A stretch of 41,040 nt of DNA, from the sequence record PQ850606.1; one strand, given 5' to 3'. Shown here piece after piece: positions 18,780 to 26,783 of this stretch; position 1 is the stretch's first letter, and every line of letters begins with the position of its first letter. The notes under the pieces were generated by a model. The model worked only from the letters and a program-made list of their open reading frames with translations. It searched no databases and had not been told where the DNA came from. Origin of the DNA: Escherichia phage HeidiAbel_Bas97. The translations under genes and the position numbers were made by a program.

Positions 18780-19186
18780 CCAGTTTCACGATTTTAACCG
18801 GGCAGACCAACATCATGATGATGTTGGGCGGTTTCCAGTTCTGCATCCTTACTGCGGCATATCAGGAACTGAACCGCCACAGCGAATATAAGTGGCCATC
18901 GCAGCACCGCTTTGGCCAGCGCCCATCATCGCAATTCGTGGGCATCGGAGAGGAAACAATCACCCTGGCTGGCATCATTTACCCTGAATACCGTGGCGGG
19001 TTTCAGCAGGTGGAGCAAATGCGCAGCATGGCTGGCCGTGGTCAGCCGCTGTTGCTGGTTGATGGCCTGGGCAAACTGTGGGGCCGTTGGGTGATTGAAG
19101 TTATTGACGAAAAACAATCATTGTTTGCGGCGTTCGGTGCACCGCGCAAACAGGAATTCAATTTGCAACTGCGGCGGTTCAACTGA
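18776..19186 (+). CDS. U: Tail protein U
   Basis: 136 aa, ATGA overlap with the tape measure gene; P2 T-U-X-D order. Confidence 0.8.
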   Translation: MTSFTILTGQTNIMMMLGGFQFCILTAAYQELNRHSEYKWPSQHRFGQRPSSQFVGIGEETITLAGIIYPEYRGGFQQVEQMRSMAGRGQPLLLVDGLGKLWGRWVIEVIDEKQSLFAAFGAPRKQEFNLQLRRFN

Positions 19187-19395
19187 TGCAAACTTACATT
19201 ACCAAAGACGGTGACACGGCGGATTACATCGCCTGGAAATACTACGGCAACCAGGACGCGGGCACCGTGGAAGCACTGGTGGACGCCAACAAAGGGCTGG
19301 CAGACCGTGGCCCTGTGCTGCCTGCTGGCCTGGTCATCAACCTGCCGGAAATCACGACACCAGCGACCACGCAGGGGGTGAAATTGTGGGATTAA
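19186..19395 (+). CDS. X: Tail protein X (LysM-like)
   Basis: 69 aa resembling P2 gpX (TKDGDTADYIAWKYYG...LWD). Confidence 0.8.
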   Translation: MQTYITKDGDTADYIAWKYYGNQDAGTVEALVDANKGLADRGPVLPAGLVINLPEITTPATTQGVKLWD

Positions 19396-20492
19396 CAGGA
19401 ATTGCGCCAGCGTTTCGCGTGCTGGCCAACGGCGGTGACATCACCGCCAAAATCAATGAACGCCTGATAAGTCTTAGCCTGTCCGATGGCGTGGGGCTGG
19501 AATCTGACACGCTGGAAATTAGCCTGGCGGATGATGAACCGGCTAACCCAATCCAGATGCCGGAAACCGGCGCAGAACTGGAACTGTTCCTGGGTTATGA
19601 CAACTGGACACAGCGCATGGGCCTGTTCATCTGTGACGAAGTTGAACTGGCTGGCTGGCCAGGCACCATGACCATCAGGGCGCGTGCTGCCACCTATGAC
19701 AAGTCAAAGGGCGGCAAAACCGACCTGCAAACGCAGAAATCACGTAGCTGGACCAAAGGCACGAAGTTTGGCGACATGGTGAAGAAGATAGCCAGCGAAC
19801 ACGGCATGGAATCCGCCGTGTCAGAAAGCATGGCCAAAATCACCCTGCCCCATACTGACCAGGCGGATGAATCTGACCTGAACCTGTTGCTGCGCCTGGC
19901 CAAGAAATATGACGGCGTAGTGAAGCCATCAGGCGGCAAAATCACGGTCACGAAGCGTGGCGAAGGCAAGACGGCCAGCGGTGAAGAACTGCCAACCATC
20001 ACGCTGACGGCGCAGGATTGCACCGCATTCAGGCTGACCAGCCAGAAGCGCGAAAACGCAGGCACGGTGGTAGCTTACTACCAGATGACGAAGAAGGCCG
20101 CGCGCAACGAAGTGAAGGTGGGCGAAGGTGAGCCGGTCAAACGGATTGGCAAATACTACCCAACGCAGGCAATGGCCCTGGACGCTGCAAAAGCAGAACT
20201 GGCCAAGCGCCAGCGCAACCAGGTGACCGTTGCCGTGACGCTGCCGGGTGACCCATCCATTGCCGCAGAATGCAAACTGGTGCTGGTTGGGTTCCGTGAT
20301 GGCATTGATGGGGAATGGCTGATTACCCGCGCAGATCACCGGCTGGATGACAACGGTTATTCGTGCGACGTGGAAGCAACAAAGCCGAACAGCGAAGAAG
20401 AACCGAAGGTGGAAGTTATCGAGCGCAAGAAGCCGCAAGAAAGCGACCCGCCTGACGATGATGGACCTGGGCACGTCATTGAAGAAAAATAG
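19386..20492 (+). CDS. D: Late control / tail protein D
   Basis: 368 aa, GTG start overlapping X; last gene of the P2-like tail operon. Confidence 0.85.
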   Translation: MGLTGIAPAFRVLANGGDITAKINERLISLSLSDGVGLESDTLEISLADDEPANPIQMPETGAELELFLGYDNWTQRMGLFICDEVELAGWPGTMTIRARAATYDKSKGGKTDLQTQKSRSWTKGTKFGDMVKKIASEHGMESAVSESMAKITLPHTDQADESDLNLLLRLAKKYDGVVKPSGGKITVTKRGEGKTASGEELPTITLTAQDCTAFRLTSQKRENAGTVVAYYQMTKKAARNEVKVGEGEPVKRIGKYYPTQAMALDAAKAELAKRQRNQVTVAVTLPGDPSIAAECKLVLVGFRDGIDGEWLITRADHRLDDNGYSCDVEATKPNSEEEPKVEVIERKKPQESDPPDDDGPGHVIEEK

Positions 20493-20504
20493 CAACAAAC
20501 ATTG

Positions 20505-20532
20505 TTGCAATCATTCTACATCATCGTATATC
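20505..20532 (+). promoter_or_regulatory. Putative sigma70-like promoter for the cargo operon (TTGCAA, 16-nt spacer, TATATC), overlapped by the palindrome CAACAAACATTGTTG
   Basis: Hexamer match and spacing in the AT-rich gap after gene D; a GAGG RBS precedes the ATG at 20587. Confidence 0.3.
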
Positions 20533-20586
20533 ATTACCTTAACCGGGCGGAATACCTGCCCGGATTAATAACGAGGTAATGCCCAC

Positions 20587-21288
20587 ATGAACACATCAAA
20601 TAAAACCCTGCTGCAAATACTGGTTGAAGAACTGCCGAAGCGCGGCGGGTGGCCGAAAGGTGCTGTAAAAATCCATCAAGACCATGACGGTGAAACTTGG
20701 GCGTGGTTAAATCACGATGGCACAGAACGGCTATTCAAGCTGGACCAGGTAGCAAAAAACGCAAGGCAATTTGCCAAAGATGAAACAGAAGAAAACATGG
20801 TCACCCGCGACCAGTACGAATCCGCGCTGGCAGAAAAAGAACATCCCTTGCCGTGGGACGAGAAAAACACCGACGCTGACGGCTGGATTTCCTGGCCTGG
20901 CGGTGAATGCCCGGTTGATGGTGACGCAATTGTTGAAGTCAAATACCGGAAACCGAATCCGTACCAATTCAATAATGACAGAGCTGGCGATTTTACATGG
21001 TCACATGATGGCTTTGACGGTGACATCATCGCCTACCGCCTACCACATCCGCACGAAGTCAAAACCGCTGGCATTGATGTGCAGCGCGATGCGGTCAAAT
21101 CCAACGATGCGCAGTTAGAAGCCGATCTGAATGATTGCATTGGGCAGCCGCAAAGCAATGACTATGCGCGTGATGAAATACTTTACGAACTGGCTAACTT
21201 TGCGGCCACTACAAAAACCAGTCTTGACATTGGTGTTGCCACAGAAATTGCAATTTGGCTTTCTGGCAAAGGTTATCGTAAACAATGA
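20587..21288 (+). CDS. Hypothetical acidic protein, first cargo gene
   Basis: 233-aa ORF with GAGG RBS in a lower-GC segment after the tail module; no recognisable motif. Confidence 0.6.
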   Translation: MNTSNKTLLQILVEELPKRGGWPKGAVKIHQDHDGETWAWLNHDGTERLFKLDQVAKNARQFAKDETEENMVTRDQYESALAEKEHPLPWDEKNTDADGWISWPGGECPVDGDAIVEVKYRKPNPYQFNNDRAGDFTWSHDGFDGDIIAYRLPHPHEVKTAGIDVQRDAVKSNDAQLEADLNDCIGQPQSNDYARDEILYELANFAATTKTSLDIGVATEIAIWLSGKGYRKQ

Positions 21289-21368
21289 TTGTTAAAAAAC
21301 GCGATCTGCCCATCATTATTGTATGGGCTTCATTTCTAATCACTTCATTTGTATTGGGGTTTATGTAA

Positions 21369-22244
21369 ATGGCTACTATTGGACAACTCTATAAAGCAGG
21401 TGCCACCGAAGCAAAGCCGCGCAAGGTGTTTTTCGTTCCGCTGGCGGAACTGTATGTGGAAGATGGCTACAACATCCGCGACGTGGACCAGGCGCACGTT
21501 GAAGAATTCCGCGATGCGTACCTGGCCGGTGAATATGTGCCGCCGCTGACCGTGGAAGTGACGCAGCAGGGCATCAAGGTGATTGACGGCCACCACCGCT
21601 TTGCCGGTGCCAAGATGGCCGCAGAAACCGGCCTGGAACTGCGCCTGGAAGTGAACGACATCACCGGCACCAGTGAGGCTGACAAAATCGCGCTGATGGT
21701 TACCAGTAGCCAGGGCAAGCCGCTGGAACCGCTGGAACGCGCCAAAGCCTATGCGCGCCTGAAAGCGCAGGGATGGACCAATGACGAGATAGCCAGGAAG
21801 GTGAAGCGCAGCCCGTCAGACGTGGCAAACATGCTGGCCCTGGCTGAATGCCCGGAACCAATCAAAGACATGGTGCGCGGCGGCCAGATGTCCTACGTGA
21901 CCGCCACCGAACTGACCCGCCAGCACGGCACCGAAGCCGAAGCCGTGGCCGCACAGGCGCTGGAAGAAGCCAAAGCCGCCGGAAAGGATAAAGTAACGAA
22001 GAAATTCACCGAACCGAAGGCACCGAAAGCGCCGAAGGCCAAGCCGGAAGCCATCCAGCCACCGTTCGGCAAAGACAAGCTGACGCGCCTGGCTGACCTG
22101 GCTGTGCAAATCGAACTGGTCCACAGCGATGACAGGCTGGAAGATGCCGAGCCTGACGAATCCATGACCCTGCGCGCACCTGCTGGCGTAGTGCGTGAAT
22201 TCATGGCGCTGGTGGCTGACTACGTGGGCGGGGTGCCGGAATGA
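21369..22244 (+). CDS. ParB/Srx-like N-terminal domain protein with central HTH (IDGHHR motif)
   Basis: VIDGHHRFAGAKMA matches the ParB/sulfiredoxin arginine-finger box; HTH-like WTNDEIARKVKRSPSDVANMLAL; Lys/Pro/Ala-rich linker; acidic C-terminus. Confidence 0.7.
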   Translation: MATIGQLYKAGATEAKPRKVFFVPLAELYVEDGYNIRDVDQAHVEEFRDAYLAGEYVPPLTVEVTQQGIKVIDGHHRFAGAKMAAETGLELRLEVNDITGTSEADKIALMVTSSQGKPLEPLERAKAYARLKAQGWTNDEIARKVKRSPSDVANMLALAECPEPIKDMVRGGQMSYVTATELTRQHGTEAEAVAAQALEEAKAAGKDKVTKKFTEPKAPKAPKAKPEAIQPPFGKDKLTRLADLAVQIELVHSDDRLEDAEPDESMTLRAPAGVVREFMALVADYVGGVPE

Positions 22245-22561
22245 AAGGCGAACTGAAAGCCGGTGGCCTGGCGCTGGTTTACGGGTTGCGCGTCAGACCG
22301 GAAGGGAACGGCAAGTGCGTGCGCCTGATTGAGCTTGCCAGTTACCGGCAATCAGAGTTGCTGGCTATGGCGCTAGGTGAACCAGTCGAACGCTGGTGGC
22401 GGGTTTATGGCCTGCTACCTGGTAATGAAGTTGCGCAGGTACGGGCGCAAAACCTGCTGCCAATCGACGGAGACGATCAGTTTCTGGACAGCGCAACAGG
22501 CGAAGGGCTGAACAGACTTGCTGAACAATTTGGATTCAAACCAGCCGAACTGACGGCGTAA
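22241..22561 (+). CDS. Hypothetical protein, cargo operon
   Basis: ATGA translational coupling to the ParB-like gene; 106 aa. Confidence 0.5.
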   Translation: MKGELKAGGLALVYGLRVRPEGNGKCVRLIELASYRQSELLAMALGEPVERWWRVYGLLPGNEVAQVRAQNLLPIDGDDQFLDSATGEGLNRLAEQFGFKPAELTA

Positions 22562-22570
22562 GGGGTAAGC

Positions 22571-22783
22571 GTGAAACTGACCAAAGCAACAGATAACGGC
22601 TTCAACCTGTGGGTGGTTGAGCATAAGGCACCAGGTGGCGGCATCATCAGAAACATGGTGCAGGTTTCCAGCCAGGATTTTCAGCAGGGCGGCCAGGAAG
22701 TGCGTGACGCGGTGGCGCTTAAATTGCTTGAGGCGCGAACACGATGCAGGGCGCTGGCCATGATACTGCCGCCCATCCAGTAA
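22571..22783 (+). CDS. Hypothetical small protein (GTG start), cargo operon
   Basis: 70-aa ORF followed by a strong terminator hairpin; start uncertain. Confidence 0.3.
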   Translation: MKLTKATDNGFNLWVVEHKAPGGGIIRNMVQVSSQDFQQGGQEVRDAVALKLLEARTRCRALAMILPPIQ

Positions 22784-22789
22784 CCAACA

Positions 22790-22812
22790 GCCCGCCACCT
22801 GGCGGGCTTTCT
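22790..22812. terminator. Rho-independent terminator between the cargo operon and the tRNA 3' end
   Basis: GCCCGCC-ACCT-GGCGGGC stem-loop followed by TTTCTGTT. Confidence 0.6.
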
Positions 22813-22818
22813 GTTGGG

Positions 22819-22895
22819 TGGCGACCCCTACAGGAATCGAACCTGTAACCTACAGCTTAGAAGGCTGTCGCTCTATCCGGTTGAGCTAAGGGGCC
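22819..22895 (-). tRNA. tRNA-Arg (anticodon UCU), 77 nt with encoded CCA
   Basis: Reverse complement folds by hand into a full cloverleaf: 7-bp acceptor stem with one G-U pair, D arm, anticodon loop CUUCUAA, T-loop TTCGATT, discriminator G and CCA. Confidence 0.85.
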
Positions 22896-22939
22896 GTGTA
22901 ATTATGTGGCGTTATTCGCGGTTAAGGTTTTGCACTACC

Positions 22940-22963
22940 ATACCCTAAACCATACCCTAAACC
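22940..22963 (+). repeat. Tandem direct repeat ATACCCTAAACC x2 (putative integrase arm-type sites)
   Basis: Exact 12-bp unit repeated in tandem between the tRNA and int; a related pair lies at 23164-23187. Confidence 0.45.
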
Positions 22964-23163
22964 GTTTTGCCTATCGGCTAAGTGCTTGTAATTCCTCGCT
23001 TATTAACACTGTTGCATTCCGCTTAGAAGGCGGTTACAGTGGCATAATCGCAAGTCATCACAAATCACGCGAACAGCCACTAAGCCACTGCGTTTAAACA
23101 TCATTCTGCATCATCCCCGGCTAAGTGTTTGCGTTCAGATCCTGTTTTGACTTGTGCCGAACC

Positions 23164-23187
23164 GTACCCTAAACCGTACCCAAAAAG
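23164..23187 (+). repeat. Direct repeat GTACCCTAAACC / GTACCCAAAAAG (putative arm-type sites)
   Basis: Same TACCCTAAACC core as 22940-22963, 13 bp upstream of the int start. Confidence 0.4.
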
Positions 23188-23199
23188 GGGGCATAAGCC

Positions 23200-24411
23200 A
23201 TGCTGACAGAACGCCAGATACAGGCGGCCATGCGCGCCGTGACCAGTGAAACAGTGTTGAACGATGGGGCCGCAGGACGTGGCAGCGGAAGCCTGCGCCT
23301 GCGCATCCGTGCCGGGGCCAAAGGGCCGAACGCTACCTGGCAGGCCGTCTGGTGGAACGCCGGAAAACAGACCAGCAAGGCGCTTGGCCGCTACCCGGAT
23401 TTGAGCCTGGCCGACGCGCGCCGGAAGTATGAAACCGAAGTGCGCGACGTGCTGACGGCTGGCCGCGACCCAAACGCAGTGGTTGCAATGGCCGAAAGCC
23501 CGACCATTGAAAAACTGTTCCAGGCTTACATCCAGTACCTGCGCGACAAAGAGACGGCGACCACCCACACATCAGAACATCTGCTGCTGACCGGCAAATA
23601 CAACGCCGCTGATTTGCTTGGCCGCAACACCATTGCGTCAACCATCGAACCTGCCGACATCGCCAACGTGCTGGCCAAAGGCGTGAAGCGTGGCGCACGC
23701 CGAACCACCGACATGCAGCGCACCGCCATGATGGCCGCATTTAATTGGGCGATGAAATCGACACACGATTACACGCAGGAAAACCGCATGGATTGGGGGC
23801 TGAAATATAACCCTGTTGCAGCCGTTCCGCGCGACCAGGCAGCCAACCGCACGCTGGATAGGAACCTGTCAGCGGAGGAAATGAAGCACGTATGGGATAA
23901 CGCGCCGGAACAAAGCGGCGACGTGATGCGCCTGGTGATGTGCACCGGCCAGCGCGTCATTGAAGTCATGCGCATAGCTGGTGCTGACGTGGACCTGAAA
24001 GCCAGGCTGTGGACGATGCCAGCCAGGAAAACAAAGGGCCGCAAGCATACCCACATGGTGCCGCTGACCACGCAGGCGGTTGACATCCTGACCACGCTGA
24101 TTGACCTGTACGGTGACGGTTACCTGTTCCCTGCCCGCGCTGGCGCTAAGGGTGACATTATCGGAATCCCAAGCGTCAGCCGTGGTGCCAGCCGCATGGC
24201 AGGCATTAAGCCGTTCACCCCGCGCGACCTGCGCCGCACCTGGAAGTCACGCGCCGGTGACGCTGGCATTGACAGGTTCACGCGTGACCTTATCCAGCAG
24301 CACGCGCAGACTGACACCGGCAGCAAACATTATGACCGGTTTGACTACCTGCCGCAGATGCGCGAGGCGATGAATAAATGGGAAATATGGTTGCGAAATG
24401 CTATAGCGTGA
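23200..24411 (+). CDS. int: Tyrosine-type site-specific integrase (P4-like, with N-terminal arm-binding domain)
   Basis: 403 aa; N-terminus matches the P4-type integrase arm-binding pattern (LTERQIQAA...LNDGAAGRGSGSLRLRIRAGAKGPNATWQAVWW...LGRYPDLSLADARRK); C-terminal catalytic region with R, H..H and Y; adjacent to a tRNA. Confidence 0.85.
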   Translation: MLTERQIQAAMRAVTSETVLNDGAAGRGSGSLRLRIRAGAKGPNATWQAVWWNAGKQTSKALGRYPDLSLADARRKYETEVRDVLTAGRDPNAVVAMAESPTIEKLFQAYIQYLRDKETATTHTSEHLLLTGKYNAADLLGRNTIASTIEPADIANVLAKGVKRGARRTTDMQRTAMMAAFNWAMKSTHDYTQENRMDWGLKYNPVAAVPRDQAANRTLDRNLSAEEMKHVWDNAPEQSGDVMRLVMCTGQRVIEVMRIAGADVDLKARLWTMPARKTKGRKHTHMVPLTTQAVDILTTLIDLYGDGYLFPARAGAKGDIIGIPSVSRGASRMAGIKPFTPRDLRRTWKSRAGDAGIDRFTRDLIQQHAQTDTGSKHYDRFDYLPQMREAMNKWEIWLRNAIA

Positions 24412-24634
24412 TGTAGAGTTATTTTAAGCAGACGGTGGAGGCGCTCCACGCCGGAGACGTAACCGGCACGCACCGTGATGCGCTTTTGCGAACACTTCCA
24501 ACCCCCAGGGTGTTACCTCGCAACGTGAAAGCGCATCGCAGTGCGACATTCGCACAGACTGGAACTTACCCGACAAGTGATTCCAATAAGGCAGGTGATC
24601 TGTATCTCGCATCACAGCGTCACGTGACACAAAA

Positions 24635-24655
24635 CCCCGCTTAGGCGGGGTTTTT
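24635..24655. terminator. Bidirectional rho-independent terminator between int and the convergent leftward operon
   Basis: AAAA-CCCCGC-TTAG-GCGGGG-TTTTTCTTT. Confidence 0.6.
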
Positions 24656-24661
24656 CTTTGG

Positions 24662-25345
24662 TCATTCGTCGCTGCTTTCGTCATCGCCTTCCGGCGTCAT
24701 CGCGCCATGTTCCGGGCAGTGAGGCGGCCCGACTTCCAGCCATTTTTGCGTGACCCGAACCGTGTAGCCACATTCCTGGCATTCACACTTTTTCAGCCTG
24801 GTGGTTTGCTTAGGCTTCGCTGTGGACGCGCCGCCGACCGGTGCAACTTCGATTTCTTCCCCTTCCCCATCGTCACCGCCTTCATCCAGGCCAATGCGCA
24901 GGCGTGGCACCTTTATGGACATGCCACGGTCAAACGTCAGCTTGGCGTGTGGCATCGGGCCAAGTTCGTCCAGGAACGGTTTGACGTACTCTTTGAATTT
25001 CTCGCCAGGCGTGGTGGCGGTCATCGGTCCATTCAGGCCAACAGCCTTGCACACCGTGGCAAACGCACCCTTATGGCCGCAGTCAAAACCAACGGTGGCG
25101 TGCGTCAGTTCGTGCCACAGGTGGTTTGCTACCAGGTACGGTTCCACCTGGTCTGGCATGATGAAAATTTCAAACGTGTTGTCTGAACTGCACTTGCTGT
25201 GCCAGCACTGTGCCGCCGTACTGGAACGCGCGCCGCTGCTGCAAAAGCCAACCGACACGCGGAATTTAGGCATTTCGTAGCCGAATTCTTTAAAGCGCGG
25301 CGCAAACTTCGCCGCCAAAGCATTTAACCAACCTTCACGGTCCAT
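24662..25345 (-). CDS. SprT-like zinc metallopeptidase domain protein with C-terminal zinc ribbon
   Basis: HExxH motif (WHELTHA) in the N-terminal domain; acidic Gly-rich linker; C-terminal CxxC...CPEH zinc-ribbon-like motif. Confidence 0.5.
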   Translation of the reverse strand: MDREGWLNALAAKFAPRFKEFGYEMPKFRVSVGFCSSGARSSTAAQCWHSKCSSDNTFEIFIMPDQVEPYLVANHLWHELTHATVGFDCGHKGAFATVCKAVGLNGPMTATTPGEKFKEYVKPFLDELGPMPHAKLTFDRGMSIKVPRLRIGLDEGGDDGEGEEIEVAPVGGASTAKPKQTTRLKKCECQECGYTVRVTQKWLEVGPPHCPEHGAMTPEGDDESSDE

Positions 25346-25443
25346 ATATATTTCCTCGCAATGCGTTTAAACGTGTTTAGATTATACAAAGCCAAAGAAA
25401 AACCCGCCATAACGGCGGGCTGATTACTTAGAATGATTTGGAA

Positions 25444-25932
25444 TTAAAACGGGATGTCATCGTCAAAATCCATCGGCGGTTCGTTTCCTGCGCCCTGTGC
25501 TGGTGGCCGCTGCTGGCCGCCACCGCTGAACTGCTGGCCGCCACCAGGTTGCTGCTGTTGGCGCTGCCCACCGGCCTGGTTATCGTTGGCCGCTGACAGC
25601 ATCAACAACCGGCCATTCATGCCCACCACGATTTCAGTTGTGTAGCGATCAACGCCAGCCTGGTCCTGCCACTTGCGCGTTTGCAGCGCGCCTTCAATGA
25701 ACACCTTGCTGCCTTTGCGCAGGTACTGGCTGGCGATTTCTGCCAGCTTTCCGAAGATGACCACGCGGTGCCATTCCGTTTTTTCTTTCTTCTCCCCTGT
25801 CTGCTTATCCTTCCAGGTTTCAGACGTGGCGATTGATAACTGTGCCACACCGTTGCCGTTCGGCAGCGTGCGGAATTCTGGATCGTTTCCTAAGTTGCCA
25901 ATGATTTCTACTTTGTTCAATGAACCGGCCAT
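25444..25932 (-). CDS. ssb: Single-stranded DNA-binding protein
   Basis: OB-fold SSB N-terminus, Gly/Gln-rich linker and acidic C-terminal tail ending DFDDDIPF. Confidence 0.9.
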   Translation of the reverse strand: MAGSLNKVEIIGNLGNDPEFRTLPNGNGVAQLSIATSETWKDKQTGEKKEKTEWHRVVIFGKLAEIASQYLRKGSKVFIEGALQTRKWQDQAGVDRYTTEIVVGMNGRLLMLSAANDNQAGGQRQQQQPGGGQQFSGGGQQRPPAQGAGNEPPMDFDDDIPF

Positions 25933-25940
25933 AATTGCCC

Positions 25941-26150
25941 CTATTTACGTTTTAAGTGTGCGGCGTGGTCGTTGGCACAATCCGCATCGCAATAAATTTT
26001 CTTGCTGCCTTCCGGGAAATCTTCACCACAGTTCAGGCAGTAACCCCGCGCAACAGCTTTAACCGCTGGTGCCTTCTGCAAGTGCGCGGCAATCATCGCC
26101 GCGCGTTCCTGTTCTTCACGCTCGCAAGCGCGGTCAATATCATCAGCCAT
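25941..26150 (-). CDS. TraR/DksA-family C4 zinc-finger protein
   Basis: CLNCGEDF...CDADC four-cysteine motif in a ~70-aa product starting MADDID; the longer track ORF start is rejected. Confidence 0.6.
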   Translation of the reverse strand: MADDIDRACEREEQERAAMIAAHLQKAPAVKAVARGYCLNCGEDFPEGSKKIYCDADCANDHAAHLKRK

Positions 26151-26577
26151 TGTGCACCCCGAATTCACCAGGTGCAGCCGTGCACTTTTCGTGGTGGTAA
26201 CCATCCTGGAAACCGCAAACAGGGCAGCAATCGTGCGGCTGTTCGTTGTCATTACCAGCTACCGGCTGGCGGTGACGTTCCAGCCAGATAACCGCGCCAG
26301 ACAGGTAGACGATTGCGCCCAACAGTTCGCGCACTGCGGCGTCAACCTGGCCACGGTTGGCCATGCCCTGCGCTTCTTCGGATTTCTTATCCGCCTGACC
26401 CAAAATGAAGCCAACTCCACGGCGGTCACCAATGGTCTGCATAGGCTGCTGGTGGAATGGCTTGTCATCAGCGTGACGTTCCGCGCCTTTTCCGGTGGCG
26501 GCCTGGTCAAAGGCGCGTTCCAGTACATCAGCCAGACGTTCATAACCACTAACATTCTTCATTGTCGTTTGCCCCAA
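26143..26577 (-). CDS. Conserved hypothetical phage protein (start may be 26562)
   Basis: 144-aa ORF in the early-left operon; C-terminal Cys/His cluster (HDCCPVCG...HHEKC). Confidence 0.45.
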   Translation of the reverse strand: MGQTTMKNVSGYERLADVLERAFDQAATGKGAERHADDKPFHQQPMQTIGDRRGVGFILGQADKKSEEAQGMANRGQVDAAVRELLGAIVYLSGAVIWLERHRQPVAGNDNEQPHDCCPVCGFQDGYHHEKCTAAPGEFGVHNG

Positions 26578-26770
26578 TCATGTGTTTTGCTTCATACGCT
26601 TCCACGCTGGTGATGGAGTAGCGAACGCGTGAGCCAAATTTTGTATAGGCTGGCCCTTTGCCTTTGTTGCGCCAGTTCGCCAGGGTTCCGGTGGTAACTG
26701 CGCCGTTCCAGCGCAGAACCAGTTCCTGTGGCGTCAGATACGTGCTTTGTTTCTGTGCCGGTTGTGCCAT
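26549..26770 (-). CDS. Excisionase / AlpA-like HTH DNA-binding protein
   Basis: LTPQELVLRWNGAVTTGTLANWRNKGKGPAYTKFGSRVRYSITSVEAY matches the Xis/AlpA-type winged-helix pattern. Confidence 0.6.
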   Translation of the reverse strand: MAQPAQKQSTYLTPQELVLRWNGAVTTGTLANWRNKGKGPAYTKFGSRVRYSITSVEAYEAKHMIGANDNEEC

Positions 26771-26783
26771 TTTTTACCCTTTC

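Noticed and set aside
22819-22895. tRNA-like sequence as only a partial attP fragment
   Set aside because: The sequence folds into a complete cloverleaf with full acceptor stem and CCA, so it is called as an intact tRNA gene; its role as part of the attachment site remains open.
24424-24684. 86-aa minus-strand and 69-aa plus-strand ORFs between int and the convergent operon
   Set aside because: They overlap each other and the bidirectional terminator; no RBS; implausible sequences.
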